A stretch of DNA of 64,000 nucleotides from an uncultured Chloroflexia bacterium (GCA_963713975.1 OY970218.1:3232001-3296000), one strand, 5' to 3'; positions 10,189 to 20,713 are shown, numbered from the stretch's first letter. Notes: generated from the letters alone by a model not told the origin. Numbers and translations are program-made.

Positions 10189-11690
10189 TGCACGCCTCCC
10201 ATCAGCATCCCGACCTTCTCGTAGGTCGCCTCCTCGCCCTCCACGATGCCTACGATCTGCCCGCCCTGCATGACGGCCACGCGGTCTCCCACCGCCAGCA
10301 CCTCGTCCAGCTCCGTGCTGACGATCAGGACGGCCGCTCCGGCATCGCGCTGCTCGACCATCCGCTTGTGGATGTACTCGATGGACCCCACGTCCAGGCC
10401 GCGGGTGGGCTGCGCGGCGATCACCAGCTTCACAGGCCGCGAGAACTCCCGCGCGACGACGACCTTCTGCTGGTTGCCGCCCGAGAGGGAGCCCGCGAAG
10501 GTGTCGATCGACGGCGTGCGGACGTCGTAGTCCGCCACCGCGGCCGTCGCCCCGTCCGCGATGGCGCCAGCGTTGAGCCTGCCGTGCCGGCTGTAGGGCT
10601 CCCGGTGATAGGTGTCCAGGATGAAGTTCTCGGCCACGGTCATGGCGCCGATCAGGCCGTCGCGTGAGCGATCCTCCGGCACATGCGCCACGCCGAGGTC
10701 CGAGATGTGACGGGGCGATGCCTTCGTGGTCACCTGGCCGTCGATGGTGATCTCGCCCGAGTCCGCCGACCGCAGGCCCACGATCGCTTCGACCAGCTCG
10801 GTCTGGCCGTTCCCCTGGACACCCGCGAGCACGACGATCTCGCCCGCCCGAAGCTCCAGACTGACGCCCTTGACGGCCATGTGCTCACGGTCGTCACGCA
10901 CGTGCAGACGCTTGATGGTGAGCACCACGTCGCCCGGAGTGGCCGGACCCTTGGCGACCGTCAACTCCACGTCACGGCCGACCATCAGGTTGGCCAGGAT
11001 CTCCCGGGTCGCATTCTTCGGCTCCACCGTGCCGGCGACCCGGCCGCGGCGCAGCACGGTGATCCGGTCGGCGACCTCGAGCACCTCGTTGAGCTTGTGG
11101 GTGATGAAGATGACCGTGGTTCCGGCCTCGGCGAGGCCGCGGATGATCCCGAACAGCTCCTCCGTCTCGAACGGCGTAAGCACCGCGGACGGCTCGTCCA
11201 GGACCAGGATGTCGCTCTTGCGGTAGAGCGCCTTGAGGATCTCGACCCGCTGGCGAACGCCCACGGGGAGGTCCTCGATCCTGGAATCGGGGTTGACGTT
11301 CAGGTTGTACTGCTCGCTCAGCTCCACGACCCGCGCCCGGGCCGTCGTGCGGTCGAACGTGCCGACCCAGCCGCTGACGCTCTCCGCGCCAAGGGCCACG
11401 GCTTCGACGACGTCGAACACGGGGACCAGCTGGAAGTGCTGGTGGACCATCCCGATGCCGGCATCGATCGCCTGCCTGGGGTCCGTGAAGTTGCGAGTCG
11501 TCCCGTCGATCAGGATCTCGCCCGAGTCAGGCTTGTAGAGGCCCGACAGGATGTTCATCAGGGTGCTCTTGCCGGCTCCGTTCTCACCCAGCAGGCCCAG
11601 AACCTCACCGCGGTCGACGGCGATCGAGATCCTGTCGTTGGCGAGCACGCCCGGGAAGCGCTTGGTGATGTCCTTGAGCTCGAGGCGCAT
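10185..11690 (-). CDS. CUT2-type ABC transporter ATP-binding protein (two ATPase domains)
   Basis: GENGAGKST, LSGGNQQK, QPTRGLD. Confidence 0.93.
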   Translation of the reverse strand: MRLELKDITKRFPGVLANDRISIAVDRGEVLGLLGENGAGKSTLMNILSGLYKPDSGEILIDGTTRNFTDPRQAIDAGIGMVHQHFQLVPVFDVVEAVALGAESVSGWVGTFDRTTARARVVELSEQYNLNVNPDSRIEDLPVGVRQRVEILKALYRKSDILVLDEPSAVLTPFETEELFGIIRGLAEAGTTVIFITHKLNEVLEVADRITVLRRGRVAGTVEPKNATREILANLMVGRDVELTVAKGPATPGDVVLTIKRLHVRDDREHMAVKGVSLELRAGEIVVLAGVQGNGQTELVEAIVGLRSADSGEITIDGQVTTKASPRHISDLGVAHVPEDRSRDGLIGAMTVAENFILDTYHREPYSRHGRLNAGAIADGATAAVADYDVRTPSIDTFAGSLSGGNQQKVVVAREFSRPVKLVIAAQPTRGLDVGSIEYIHKRMVEQRDAGAAVLIVSTELDEVLAVGDRVAVMQGGQIVGIVEGEEATYEKVGMLMGGVH

Positions 11691-11715
11691 CGACGGGTCC
11701 ATCCCTCGTAATGAA

Positions 11716-11750
11716 GCGCGCCCGCCCTCGGGGTCCGAGAGCGGGCGTGC
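11716..11750 (-). terminator. Intercistronic stem-loop after BMP gene
   Basis: GCGCGCCCGC-C-CTCGG...CCGAG-A-GCGGGCGTGC imperfect inverted repeat. Confidence 0.5.
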
Positions 11751-11778
11751 AGGGGTGGCTGCGGTTGGCTTCGCCTGC

Positions 11779-12933
11779 CTACTTCAGGTAGTCGGCGACC
11801 TTGATGGTCCCGGCGGCGATGTCCGTCTGGAGCTGGATGACCTCGGCCCGGAGCTCCGGAGAGACCTGGGAGTCGAGATCGTGGTACGGCGAGAGCGCCA
11901 CGCCGCCGTTGGCGAGCGTGCCGACGAAGTTCTCACCGCCCATGTCGCCACCGGCGTTCTTCTTGATGGTCTCGAGCACCGCGACGTCGATGACCTTCTG
12001 CGCGGAGGTCAGGATCGCCTTGCTGTACTCGGGCAGGGACAGTGCCTGGTCGGTGTCGACGCCGATGGCCCACTTGTTCGCGGCCAGCATGGCCTTGATC
12101 GAGCCGTTGCCGGTGCTGCCGGCGACCGGTCCGACGATGTCGGCGCCCTGGTCGATGAACTGGCTGGCGAGCTGCTCGCCCTTGGCTGCGTCGCCCCAGG
12201 GGTTGTCGCCGCCGACGAAGGTGCCGGTCTGCTTGGAAGCGTCCCAGCCGAGGAGCTTGGCGTCCGCGCCCTTCTTCTCGTTGTAGATGGCGATGCCGGC
12301 GTAGTAGCCGTCCATGAACAGCGTGACACCCGGGAACTGCTGGCCGCCGTAGGTGCCGACGACCTTGCTCTGGCTGAAGCCCGCGGCGAGGTACCCGGCG
12401 AGCGTCGCGGCCTCATCGATCTGGAAGTCCAGGCCGGTGAAGTTGGCGGGCGTGGGGCCGTTCGTCGCCTCGTCCCAGCTAGCGTCGACCTGCGAGAAGG
12501 CGATGTCCGGGTTGGCCAGCGTGGCATCGATCGTCGCCTGGGCCTGGTTGAACCCGACCGTGACGATCGACTGGCAGCCCTCGTCGATCAGGCGCTGGAT
12601 GTTGGCCGCGTAATCCGTGGCGCCCTGCGCCTCGCTGAAGGCGGTCTGGAAGCCGGCCGCACCCGCGTCCTCGAGACCCTTCTTGGCCAGGTCGTTGAAG
12701 CCCTTGTCACCAAGGCCACCGGTGTCGAACGCGACGCACGCCTTGTAGTCGGTGACCGCCGGAGCTTCGCTTTCGGGGGCCATGGACTCGGGGGCCATGG
12801 ACTCGGGGGCCATGGACTCGGCCGGGGGTGCCTCGGTCGCGACCGGGGCCGGGGTGGCTGCGGAACCGCCGCACGCGGCGATAAGGATGGCCGACGCCGC
12901 ACCGAGTGCGATCAGCCTGCGAGAGACGTGCAA
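11779..12933 (-). CDS. BMP-family nucleoside-binding lipoprotein
   Basis: TTG start after GGAGGAG, lipobox IAAC, GGLGDKGFN, IGVDTDQ. Confidence 0.92.
   Translation of the reverse strand: MHVSRRLIALGAASAILIAACGGSAATPAPVATEAPPAESMAPESMAPESMAPESEAPAVTDYKACVAFDTGGLGDKGFNDLAKKGLEDAGAAGFQTAFSEAQGATDYAANIQRLIDEGCQSIVTVGFNQAQATIDATLANPDIAFSQVDASWDEATNGPTPANFTGLDFQIDEAATLAGYLAAGFSQSKVVGTYGGQQFPGVTLFMDGYYAGIAIYNEKKGADAKLLGWDASKQTGTFVGGDNPWGDAAKGEQLASQFIDQGADIVGPVAGSTGNGSIKAMLAANKWAIGVDTDQALSLPEYSKAILTSAQKVIDVAVLETIKKNAGGDMGGENFVGTLANGGVALSPYHDLDSQVSPELRAEVIQLQTDIAAGTIKVADYLK
12774..12820 (-). repeat. 15-bp tandem repeat x3 encoding ESMAP linker
   Basis: GGGGGCCATGGACTC repeated three times inside the BMP gene. 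Confidence 0.9.
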
Positions 12934-13131
12934 CTTGTGCTCCTCCTAAAGATCCCGGGTTCCCTCGGCATGGGACCGGGCCTGCCGTACTGTAGCGCGG
13001 GAGTGCAACCGTCGGTGGCCAGACTGGGCAATGTAACTTCCCGACGCCCAAAGAAGTGCCCGACGAGCGCGTGGAGGCTGTCCAGAGTGGCGTCGAAACC
13101 GGAGCGGGAATGGGTTGCCACCCTCATCGCC

Positions 13132-13575
13132 GTGCAGGAAGGGCGCTTCCCCCTCCCGCTCCTGGACGATGCCGGCGTGCGTGCCCTGCTCCTCGACAGG
13201 CCGCGCATCGCGGTCGTCGGGGCGTCCACCAACCCCGGCCGGCCGGTCCACGGCGTCATGCAGGGCCTGCTCCGCGCGGGCTACGATCTGGTGCCCGTCA
13301 ACCCGGGGGCTGACGAGGTGCTCGGGCTCCGCTGCTACCCGTCGGTCGTGGACGCCGTACGTGAGACGGGACCCGTGGGGATCGTGGATGTCTTCCGGCG
13401 ACCCGATCGATGCGTGGAGCCGGCACGGGACGCGGTGGCCGCTGGTGCGCGGTGCCTCTGGCTGCAGTTGGGCATCGCGAACGCGGAGGCCGCACGGATC
13501 GCGCACGAGGCGGGCCTGGCCATCGTGATGGACCGCTGCCTGATCGTGGAGCACCAGCGACTGGTGGGCCGATGA
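13132..13575 (+). CDS. CoA-binding domain protein (YccU-like)
   Basis: IAVVGAS, PVNP, IVDVFRR, LWLQLGI, MDRC. Confidence 0.88.
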   Translation: MQEGRFPLPLLDDAGVRALLLDRPRIAVVGASTNPGRPVHGVMQGLLRAGYDLVPVNPGADEVLGLRCYPSVVDAVRETGPVGIVDVFRRPDRCVEPARDAVAAGARCLWLQLGIANAEAARIAHEAGLAIVMDRCLIVEHQRLVGR

Positions 13576-14549
13576 ACACGGCCGACCGCCGGGCCGCGCC
13601 GGAGGGGCCGTTCCTGGCCGATCCGGTGCGCGCGGCGCGGCTCGGATCGCTCGTGGCGCGGCGCGGCGCGGCATTTGCCACTGCGCTCGTCGAGGCGATG
13701 ACAGGCACGGAGCGAGATCCCCGCCACCCGGCGGCGGTCCTCCCGGCGGCCGCCGTCGCCCGCCTGGTCGAGGCGTTCGACCTCCAGGCCATCGACGAGG
13801 CGATGGTCCTCTCCATCGAGACCGCCCGAGCGCTGGCCCGTGCGCCCATCTCGGGCTACCGCGTGGGCGCGGTCGGCATGGCCGGGAGTGGCGACCTGAT
13901 CCTCGGCGGCAACCTGGAGCTCCCTGGGGCGTCGATCGCCCACACCGTTCATGGCGAAGGGTTCGTCACCCTCCTGGCCCGCGCGCGGGGCGAGCTGGTC
14001 ACCACCCTCGCGATCTCCCAGGCCCGGCCATGCGCGCACTGCCGCCAGGTGCTGGCGGAGATGGCCGGGGCGCCTGCCCTGCGGCTCATCGATCCGGCCG
14101 GCCACATGCTCCGCCTTGCCGACCTGTACCCGTGGCCCTTCGAGCCCGGCGACCTCGGCATGGACGGCGCCCTTCCGGGATCCGTCTCGTGGCCGGAGCT
14201 GGCGGTCCCGGCCGCCGCCGTGCCGGCCGATGTCGCCCGGGCGCTGGTCAGGTCCGGCGGCGCGTCCCATGCCCCCTACGGCCGGACCCCGGCCGCCGTG
14301 GCCCTCCGACTCACCGACGGCCGGCTCGTGACCGGATCCGTGCTCGAGAGCGTGGCGTTCAACCCCACGATCGGGCCCATCGCGGACGCGCTGGTCTGCC
14401 TGCTGGCGAGCGGCGCCGACTACCCGGACATCGCAGGTGCGTGGCTGGCGGTCCCGGCCGTGGCGCAGGTCGGCCACGAGGCTCCGGTCCGGGACGCCCT
14501 GGCGGCGATCGCCCCCGGTGTCCGGTTGCAGGTCACATACTGGTCCTGA
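13572..14549 (+). CDS. cdd: Cytidine deaminase (two-domain homodimeric type)
   Basis: APISGYRVGA, GGNLE, HGE, PCAHCRQ zinc motifs; second domain SHAPY...ESVAFNP. Confidence 0.9.
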   Translation: MNTADRRAAPEGPFLADPVRAARLGSLVARRGAAFATALVEAMTGTERDPRHPAAVLPAAAVARLVEAFDLQAIDEAMVLSIETARALARAPISGYRVGAVGMAGSGDLILGGNLELPGASIAHTVHGEGFVTLLARARGELVTTLAISQARPCAHCRQVLAEMAGAPALRLIDPAGHMLRLADLYPWPFEPGDLGMDGALPGSVSWPELAVPAAAVPADVARALVRSGGASHAPYGRTPAAVALRLTDGRLVTGSVLESVAFNPTIGPIADALVCLLASGADYPDIAGAWLAVPAVAQVGHEAPVRDALAAIAPGVRLQVTYWS

Positions 14550-14599
14550 CCTCGCGGTCCCTCCTCCACGTCGGGCGGCCGCGGTTGACGGAGGACCCG

Positions 14600-15379
14600 A
14601 TGCCCCAGATCCACCTTCACGCAGAGCAGGGTGATTACGCGCCGGTGGTCCTGCTGCCGGGCGACCCGAACCGGGCCACCCGGATCGCGGAGCGCTTCGA
14701 CGGCGGGATCGAACGGACCCGCCTCGTCACGTCGCACCGCGGCCTGCTCGGCTACACGGGCACCATCGACGGCGTCCCGGTCTCGGTGCAGACCACGATG
14801 ATGGGCACCCCCACGACCGCGATCGTGATGGAGGAGCTGCTCAACCTGGGCGTGACGACGTTCATCCGGGTCGGGACCACGGGTGGCTTCGGTGGGCTCG
14901 GCATCGGGGACGCGGTGGTCGCGCTGGCGGCCGCGGGCGCGACCGGGATCAGCGGGATCATGGGCGGCGGGGAGCCGACCGCGCCAACGGCCGACTTCGA
15001 GGTCGTGCAGGCGCTCGTGACCGCGGCCCGCGCCAACGATCTCGTGACCCACGTCGGTCCGGTCGTGACCAGCGACGTGTTCTATGACCCGCATCCGGAC
15101 GGCGTCGCTCGCTGGGGACGCCGAGGCTACCTGTGCGCGGAGATGGAGACGGCCGTGGTCTTCCTCCTGGCGATGCGCGAGCGAGCGAAGGGCGAGCCCG
15201 TCCGGGCCGGCTCGATCCTCACGGTCTCGGACGTGATCGCAGACTCGACGTTCGGCCAGGCGGTGCGGGCGCTCGGGGCCGAGAGCTGGTTCCGCCCGCC
15301 CGAGGAGGAGGTCACGCGGCGCGTGGACCTCACCATCGGTGCCGCGATGGCGGCCGCGGCGGCGCTCGGACGGGCCTGA
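14600..15379 (+). CDS. deoD: Purine nucleoside phosphorylase (DeoD type)
   Basis: LLPGDPNRA, RGLLGYTG, IRVGT, SDVFY, EME, TVSD. GGAGG upstream. Confidence 0.85.
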   Translation: MPQIHLHAEQGDYAPVVLLPGDPNRATRIAERFDGGIERTRLVTSHRGLLGYTGTIDGVPVSVQTTMMGTPTTAIVMEELLNLGVTTFIRVGTTGGFGGLGIGDAVVALAAAGATGISGIMGGGEPTAPTADFEVVQALVTAARANDLVTHVGPVVTSDVFYDPHPDGVARWGRRGYLCAEMETAVVFLLAMRERAKGEPVRAGSILTVSDVIADSTFGQAVRALGAESWFRPPEEEVTRRVDLTIGAAMAAAAALGRA

Positions 15380-15404
15380 ACAGGGTCTCGCAGGCCCCCG
15401 TCCC

Positions 15405-16673
15405 CTACTCCTTCACGTACGGGGTGCCGTCCGCCGCAGGCATGCGCACCCGGCCGACGAGGCCCGCGACCACGACGATCGTCGTGATGTACGGGATCAT
15501 GCTCAGGAACTCCGAAGGCACGGCGGAGCTCAGGATCGAGAGCCGGCTCTGGAGCGCGTCTGCGAACCCGAAGACCAGGCTGGCGAGAAACGCACCGATT
15601 GGCGTCCAGCCGCCGAAGATCATCGCCGCCAGTCCGATGAACCCGCGACCGGCGGTCATGTCGCGCTCGAACGAGCCGGTTGACCCGAGCGTGAAGTAGG
15701 CGCCGCCAAGACCGGCCACCATGCCCCCCAGGATCACGTTGCGGTAGCGGGTGAACTGGACGTTGATGCCCACGGTGTCTGCCGCCCGAGGGTGCTCCCC
15801 CACCGAGCGCACCCGCAGGCCGTAGCGCGTGTAGAACAGCGCGAAGTGGATGAGGCCCACCAGCACGAACAGCGCGTACACGAAGAAGCTGCCCGAGAAG
15901 AAGATGGGGCCGATGATCGGGATGTCCGATAGCACCGGGACCACGATCGGCTCGAACCTCGGCGGCGTGTTCAGTTCCTTGTTCGCGGACAGCACGCGCG
16001 TTGACAGGAACGCCGTGATCCCGGCCGAGAAGATGTTGATGACGGTGCCAGCGATGATCTGGTTCACCCGGTACCGGATGGACAGGACGGCCAGGACCGT
16101 CGCGAGCAGGCCCCCCGTGATGACAGCGCCCATGAGGCCTGCCCAGGTGCTGCCCGTGATGCTCGCGACGACGGCCGCGACGAACGACCCGGACAGGAGC
16201 ATGCCCTCGATCGCGATGTTCACCACGCCCGATCGCTCGCAGAGGACCCCGGACAGGGCCGCGAACGTGATCGGGACCGACCGGTAGAGCGTCGTCTGGA
16301 GGACACCCACGAGGCTCATCGACTTGCCGGCCGCCGTCCAGGTGAGGAACCCGAACACGAAGGCGATGAGGGCGATGGAGAGCAGGACCGCCCACTTCGC
16401 ACCGACAGCCTTGGTCAACTGCAGCGCGCCGCAGAACGCTGCCACGCCGGCCATCAGGTAGATCACCGGGGTCGACGGGATGACCATGTCGGGGAGCCGG
16501 ATCGCCGGTGCGGCGCCCAGGTTGAGGGTGAACTTCGTCTGGGTCCCGCCATCGATCCCCGAACCGAAGACGAGGATCAGTACTGCTGCCAGGGTGAAGT
16601 AGAAGACCGACAGGGCAACCGCGCGCCTGCTGAGGTGGGTGGTCCCGGGCATGACCGCGGCCCCGGCGCTCAT
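15405..16673 (-). CDS. Nucleoside/sugar ABC transporter permease
   Basis: ERSGVVNIAIEG, GEHPRAADTVG, GRGFIGLAA. Confidence 0.9.
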   Translation of the reverse strand: MSAGAAVMPGTTHLSRRAVALSVFYFTLAAVLILVFGSGIDGGTQTKFTLNLGAAPAIRLPDMVIPSTPVIYLMAGVAAFCGALQLTKAVGAKWAVLLSIALIAFVFGFLTWTAAGKSMSLVGVLQTTLYRSVPITFAALSGVLCERSGVVNIAIEGMLLSGSFVAAVVASITGSTWAGLMGAVITGGLLATVLAVLSIRYRVNQIIAGTVINIFSAGITAFLSTRVLSANKELNTPPRFEPIVVPVLSDIPIIGPIFFSGSFFVYALFVLVGLIHFALFYTRYGLRVRSVGEHPRAADTVGINVQFTRYRNVILGGMVAGLGGAYFTLGSTGSFERDMTAGRGFIGLAAMIFGGWTPIGAFLASLVFGFADALQSRLSILSSAVPSEFLSMIPYITTIVVVAGLVGRVRMPAADGTPYVKE

Positions 16674-17941
16674 GCCCGCCAACCCTGGGCCATGATCTCG
16701 GTGCCCGTCGCACGCTTGGCCTTGATCCGGTAGATCTCTCGGATCAGCGCGGGCGCCGCGACGAACATGATCACGAGCGCCTGGATGACGACGACCAGGT
16801 CGATCGGAATGCCGGTCGAGGCCTGCATCGGCGTGGCCCCGGCGCGCAACCCGCCGAAGAGCAGGGCCGCCAGGACGACGCCCACGGGTGATGAGCCTCC
16901 CAGCAGCGCGATGGCGATCCCGTCAAAGCCGTAGCCGGGCGAGAAGCCCGGGGTCATGGCCTTGTTGACGCCGAGGATCTCCGTCGCGCCCGCGAGGCCC
17001 GCCAGTCCGCCGCAGATCGACATCGTGAGGATCAGCGTCCGTGAGATGTTCATGCCGGCGTACCGCGCGCCCGCCGGGTTGAGCCCGACGGCACGGAACT
17101 CGAAGCCCAAGGTGGAGCGGTAGAGGAGCCAGGAGACGAGCGCGGCCGCGACGAGGGCAAGGACGAACGCCCAATTCATGCGCAGGCCATCGACGAGCTG
17201 CGGGATCATCGCCGCCGGGTCCACGATCGGTGAGACCGGGTCGCTTCGTCCGGGTCGCTGGTAGAACGTCTGCCGGAGCACCCACGTCACCAGCAGGTAG
17301 GCGACGTAGTTGAGCATGATCGTGACGATCACCTCGTGGGCTCCCGTCTTCGCCTTGAGGATGCCGGGGATGAAGCCCCACATGGCGCCGCCGAGGAAGC
17401 CGACGGCGATCACCAGCGGCAGGTGCACGAACCACGGGAGTCCGTGGATCGAGAAGCCTACGAACGCCGCCGCGAGAGCGCCGAGGTACAGCTGGCCTTC
17501 GGCCCCGATGTTGAACAGGCCGCTGCGGAACCCGAGGGCAACGGCGAGCCCGGTGAAGATGAGCGGCGTCGCGGCGAGGATGGTCTCGCTGATCGGCCGG
17601 AACGCCAGCTTGATCTCGTTGATGTTGCCGGACGTGAACGCCTCAACGTAGGCGCGCGGGCTGCCGAGCGCGCCGGAGATCAGCGCCCCGTAGCCCTCGA
17701 GCACGGCGCGGACGGACTCCCCGGCGGCCTTGACCGGGTTGGTGGTCCAGAGCCGCAGGAGGACCGGGTCCGACAGCACGATGATCAGGGCGCCGATCAA
17801 CAGCGCCGTGAACACCGCGAGGAACGGCAGCAGGACCTTGCCAGGGAGGAGACGCATCCAGCTGGGTTCCTCGCGCTCGTCGCCCTCGACCGGAGGCTCG
17901 TCCGGGGCGGTACCCGTGGCGGGCACCTGCGCGTCGCTCAT
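16670..17941 (-). CDS. Nucleoside/sugar ABC transporter permease
   Basis: GLFNIGAEGQ, HEVIVTIMLNY, GYGFDGIAIALLG. Confidence 0.9.
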   Translation of the reverse strand: MSDAQVPATGTAPDEPPVEGDEREEPSWMRLLPGKVLLPFLAVFTALLIGALIIVLSDPVLLRLWTTNPVKAAGESVRAVLEGYGALISGALGSPRAYVEAFTSGNINEIKLAFRPISETILAATPLIFTGLAVALGFRSGLFNIGAEGQLYLGALAAAFVGFSIHGLPWFVHLPLVIAVGFLGGAMWGFIPGILKAKTGAHEVIVTIMLNYVAYLLVTWVLRQTFYQRPGRSDPVSPIVDPAAMIPQLVDGLRMNWAFVLALVAAALVSWLLYRSTLGFEFRAVGLNPAGARYAGMNISRTLILTMSICGGLAGLAGATEILGVNKAMTPGFSPGYGFDGIAIALLGGSSPVGVVLAALLFGGLRAGATPMQASTGIPIDLVVVIQALVIMFVAAPALIREIYRIKAKRATGTEIMAQGWRA

Positions 17942-19494
17942 GGTCGTGCCCCCTCCGTCGAGGTGCCCATCGCGGCGTGGTCCTCGGTCGGGACCGCAGC
18001 GCCGCCCATGTACATGCCAAGCCGCTCCGGCGTGGCCTCGGCGGGGTCGAGAATGGTCACGATCCGACCCTGGTACATCACGGCGATCCGATCGCCCAGC
18101 GCCAGGACCTCGTCCAGCTCCGTCGAGACGATCAGGACTGCGGTGCCCGCGTCACGCTTCTCGACCACCCGCTGGTGGATGTACTCGATGGACCCGACAT
18201 CGAGGCCGCGGGTCGGCTGCGCGGCGACGAGTAGCTTGATCGGTCGGGTGAACTCGCGCGCGACGATGACCTTCTGCTGGTTGCCACCCGACAGGTTGGC
18301 GACCTCGTTGAACACGCTGGGCGTGCGGACGTCGAACTGGGTGACGAGCTCGGTCGCCGTGGCCAGGATGGCATCGCGATGGAGCCGCAGGCCGTCTGCG
18401 AACGGCTTGAGGTAGTACGTGTTGAGGACCATGTTCTCGGCAATCGTGAACCCCGGGATCAGGCCCTCCTCGAGACGGTCCTCGGGGACGTGCGCCACAC
18501 CGGCCTCGAACACCCGCCGGGGATCCGGCTTCACGTCGTGGCCGGCGATCCGGATCGAGCCGCCCGTGACCCGACGGAGCCCGGTGATCGCCTCGACCAG
18601 CTCCGTCTGGCCATTACCCTGCACGCCGGCGATCGCGACGATCTCCCCTGCCCGCACGACGAGATCCAGGTCGCGGACCGCAGCGTGGCCACGATCATCG
18701 GAGATCGACAGGCCGGCGATCTCGAGCACGGGCTCCCCGGGCGTCGCCGGCGTCTTGTCCACCTCCAGGTCGACCGGGCGGCCGACCATCATCTGGGCCA
18801 GGGACTGCTGCGTGGCGTCGTCGGGCGTCGTCGATCCCACGACCTTGCCTCGGCGGAGGACCGTGATGCGGTCCGCGATCTCCAGCACCTCGTTGAGCTT
18901 GTGGGTGATGAAGATGATCGAGGTACCGGTCGCCTGGAGCGAGCGCATGATCTCGAATAGCTCGCCCGTCTCCTGCGGCGTCAGTACGGCCGAGGGCTCG
19001 TCCAGGATCAGCAGGTTCGACTGGCGGTAGAGCGTCTTGATGATCTCGACACGCTGGCGGACGCCGACCGGCAGGTCCTCGACGAGGGCATCCGGGTCAA
19101 CGTCCAGGTTATGGCGCGCGGAGATCTCGAGGATGCGGGCCTTCGCCGTCGCCTTGTCGATGATCCGCAGCGGGCCGCGCGTGGACTCCACCCCGAGCAT
19201 CACGTTCTCGGTCACGGTGAAGACGGGCACCAGCATGAAGTGCTGGTGGACCATGCCGATGCCGGCCCGGATCGCGTCGCCGGGGTCGTGGAACACGGCC
19301 GGCGTGCCGTCCATCAGGATCTCGCCCTCGTCCTGCTTGTACAGGCCGTACAGGACGTTCATCAGGGTGGTCTTGCCGGCGCCGTTCTCGCCCAGGAGCG
19401 CATGGATCTGGCCGGGCTCGACCGTGAGATCAACGCCCTCGTTGGCGATGACGCCGGGGAAGCGCTTCGTGATCCCGCGCAGCTCGAGCTTCAC
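17938..19494 (-). CDS. CUT2-type ABC transporter ATP-binding protein
   Basis: GENGAGKTT, LSGGNQQK, QPTRGLD. Confidence 0.93.
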   Translation of the reverse strand: MKLELRGITKRFPGVIANEGVDLTVEPGQIHALLGENGAGKTTLMNVLYGLYKQDEGEILMDGTPAVFHDPGDAIRAGIGMVHQHFMLVPVFTVTENVMLGVESTRGPLRIIDKATAKARILEISARHNLDVDPDALVEDLPVGVRQRVEIIKTLYRQSNLLILDEPSAVLTPQETGELFEIMRSLQATGTSIIFITHKLNEVLEIADRITVLRRGKVVGSTTPDDATQQSLAQMMVGRPVDLEVDKTPATPGEPVLEIAGLSISDDRGHAAVRDLDLVVRAGEIVAIAGVQGNGQTELVEAITGLRRVTGGSIRIAGHDVKPDPRRVFEAGVAHVPEDRLEEGLIPGFTIAENMVLNTYYLKPFADGLRLHRDAILATATELVTQFDVRTPSVFNEVANLSGGNQQKVIVAREFTRPIKLLVAAQPTRGLDVGSIEYIHQRVVEKRDAGTAVLIVSTELDEVLALGDRIAVMYQGRIVTILDPAEATPERLGMYMGGAAVPTEDHAAMGTSTEGARP

Positions 19495-19521
19495 GTCTGC
19501 CTCGCGTCGGGGCCGGTATGA

Positions 19522-19552
19522 ACGGGCGGCGCCTGCCGAAGGCGCCGCCCGT
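19522..19552 (-). terminator. Intercistronic stem-loop after second BMP gene
   Basis: Perfect 13-bp inverted repeat ACGGGCGGCGCCT-gccga-AGGCGCCGCCCGT. Confidence 0.65.
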
Positions 19553-19576
19553 CCCGCTTGTTCGCGGGTTTGCGAG

Positions 19577-20713
19577 CTAGTTGCCGAAGTAGTCGGCCGG
19601 CTTCACCTCGCCGGAGATGATCTTCGCCTTCAGGGCGGCGGCGCCGTCCTTCAGCTCCTGGGGTACCTGGGAATCGAACTGGTTGAAGGGACCCATGTCC
19701 ACGCCGCCGTTGGCGAGCGTGCTGACGAACACCGGCTGGGCCGCCTCGCCGTTGACCCCGCGCCCGATGGCAGCCGTCACGGACACGTCGATCTTCTTGA
19801 GGATGCTGGTGAGCAGGATGCCGCAGTACTGCGGGGCCGAGATGCACCAGTCGACGTCCACGCCGATCCCGTAGTCCTGGGCCGCCGACTCCTGCAGCGC
19901 CGTATAGGCGCCACCGCCGATGGGACCACCAACCGGCAGGATGACGTCCGCACCCTCCTGGAGCATCGGGACTGTCAGGGCCTTGGCGTTGTCCAGGGAG
20001 TCGAAGTCACCGGTGAAGGAGCCTTCCTTCGTGACCGGGTTCCAGCCCAGCACGGAGACAGTCTTGCCCGCCTCCTGGTTGTAGTAGTTGGCGCCGGCCA
20101 CGAAACCGTCCATGAAATCGGTCACGCCGCCGCCGATGTTGATGCCGCCGAACGTGCCCATGATCCCGGACTGCGACATGCCGGCCGACACGTACCCGGC
20201 GAGCATCGCCGCCTCGTTGGTCGTGTAGACGAGGCCCTCGACATTCGGGAGTGCCGGATCGTAGGCGAAGTCCACGATCGCGAACCGGATGTTCGGGTTT
20301 GCCTCTGCCGCGGCCTTCGTCGCGTCGCCGAGCAGGAACCCGACGGTCACGATCATGTCGCAGCCTTCGCTGACGAACTGGTTGATGTTCTTCTCGTAGT
20401 CGCCCTGGGCCCGCGACTCGAGGAACTTGACCTCGACACCGAGGCTCGCCTGGGCGTCCTCCATGCCCTTCCAGGCATTCTCGTTGAAGCTGTTGTCGTC
20501 GATCCCGCCGAGGTCGCTGACCATGCACGCCTTGTAGTCGACGGCCGCGGCCGAGGGTGCCTCGGTCGGAGCCTCAGTCGCCGGTGCTTCGGTCGGCGCC
20601 GCGGTGGCGGGCGGGGCCTCGGTCGGAACGGGGGACGCAGCCGAGTCGCCGCACGCGGCGACGATGATCGACGCGGCACCCACCAGGGCGAGGAGCCGGA
20701 TGCTGGTCCGCAA
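19577..20713 (-). CDS. BMP-family nucleoside-binding lipoprotein
   Basis: TTG start after GAGGAGG, lipobox VAAC, GGIDDNSFN, IGVDVD. Confidence 0.92.
   Translation of the reverse strand: MRTSIRLLALVGAASIIVAACGDSAASPVPTEAPPATAAPTEAPATEAPTEAPSAAAVDYKACMVSDLGGIDDNSFNENAWKGMEDAQASLGVEVKFLESRAQGDYEKNINQFVSEGCDMIVTVGFLLGDATKAAAEANPNIRFAIVDFAYDPALPNVEGLVYTTNEAAMLAGYVSAGMSQSGIMGTFGGINIGGGVTDFMDGFVAGANYYNQEAGKTVSVLGWNPVTKEGSFTGDFDSLDNAKALTVPMLQEGADVILPVGGPIGGGAYTALQESAAQDYGIGVDVDWCISAPQYCGILLTSILKKIDVSVTAAIGRGVNGEAAQPVFVSTLANGGVDMGPFNQFDSQVPQELKDGAAALKAKIISGEVKPADYFGN

Noticed and set aside
12774-12820. Tandem 15-bp repeats as a possible CRISPR or contingency locus
   Set aside because: No spacers, in-frame, and encodes a lipoprotein linker; similar APATEAP/ESMAP linkers occur in the other binding proteins.
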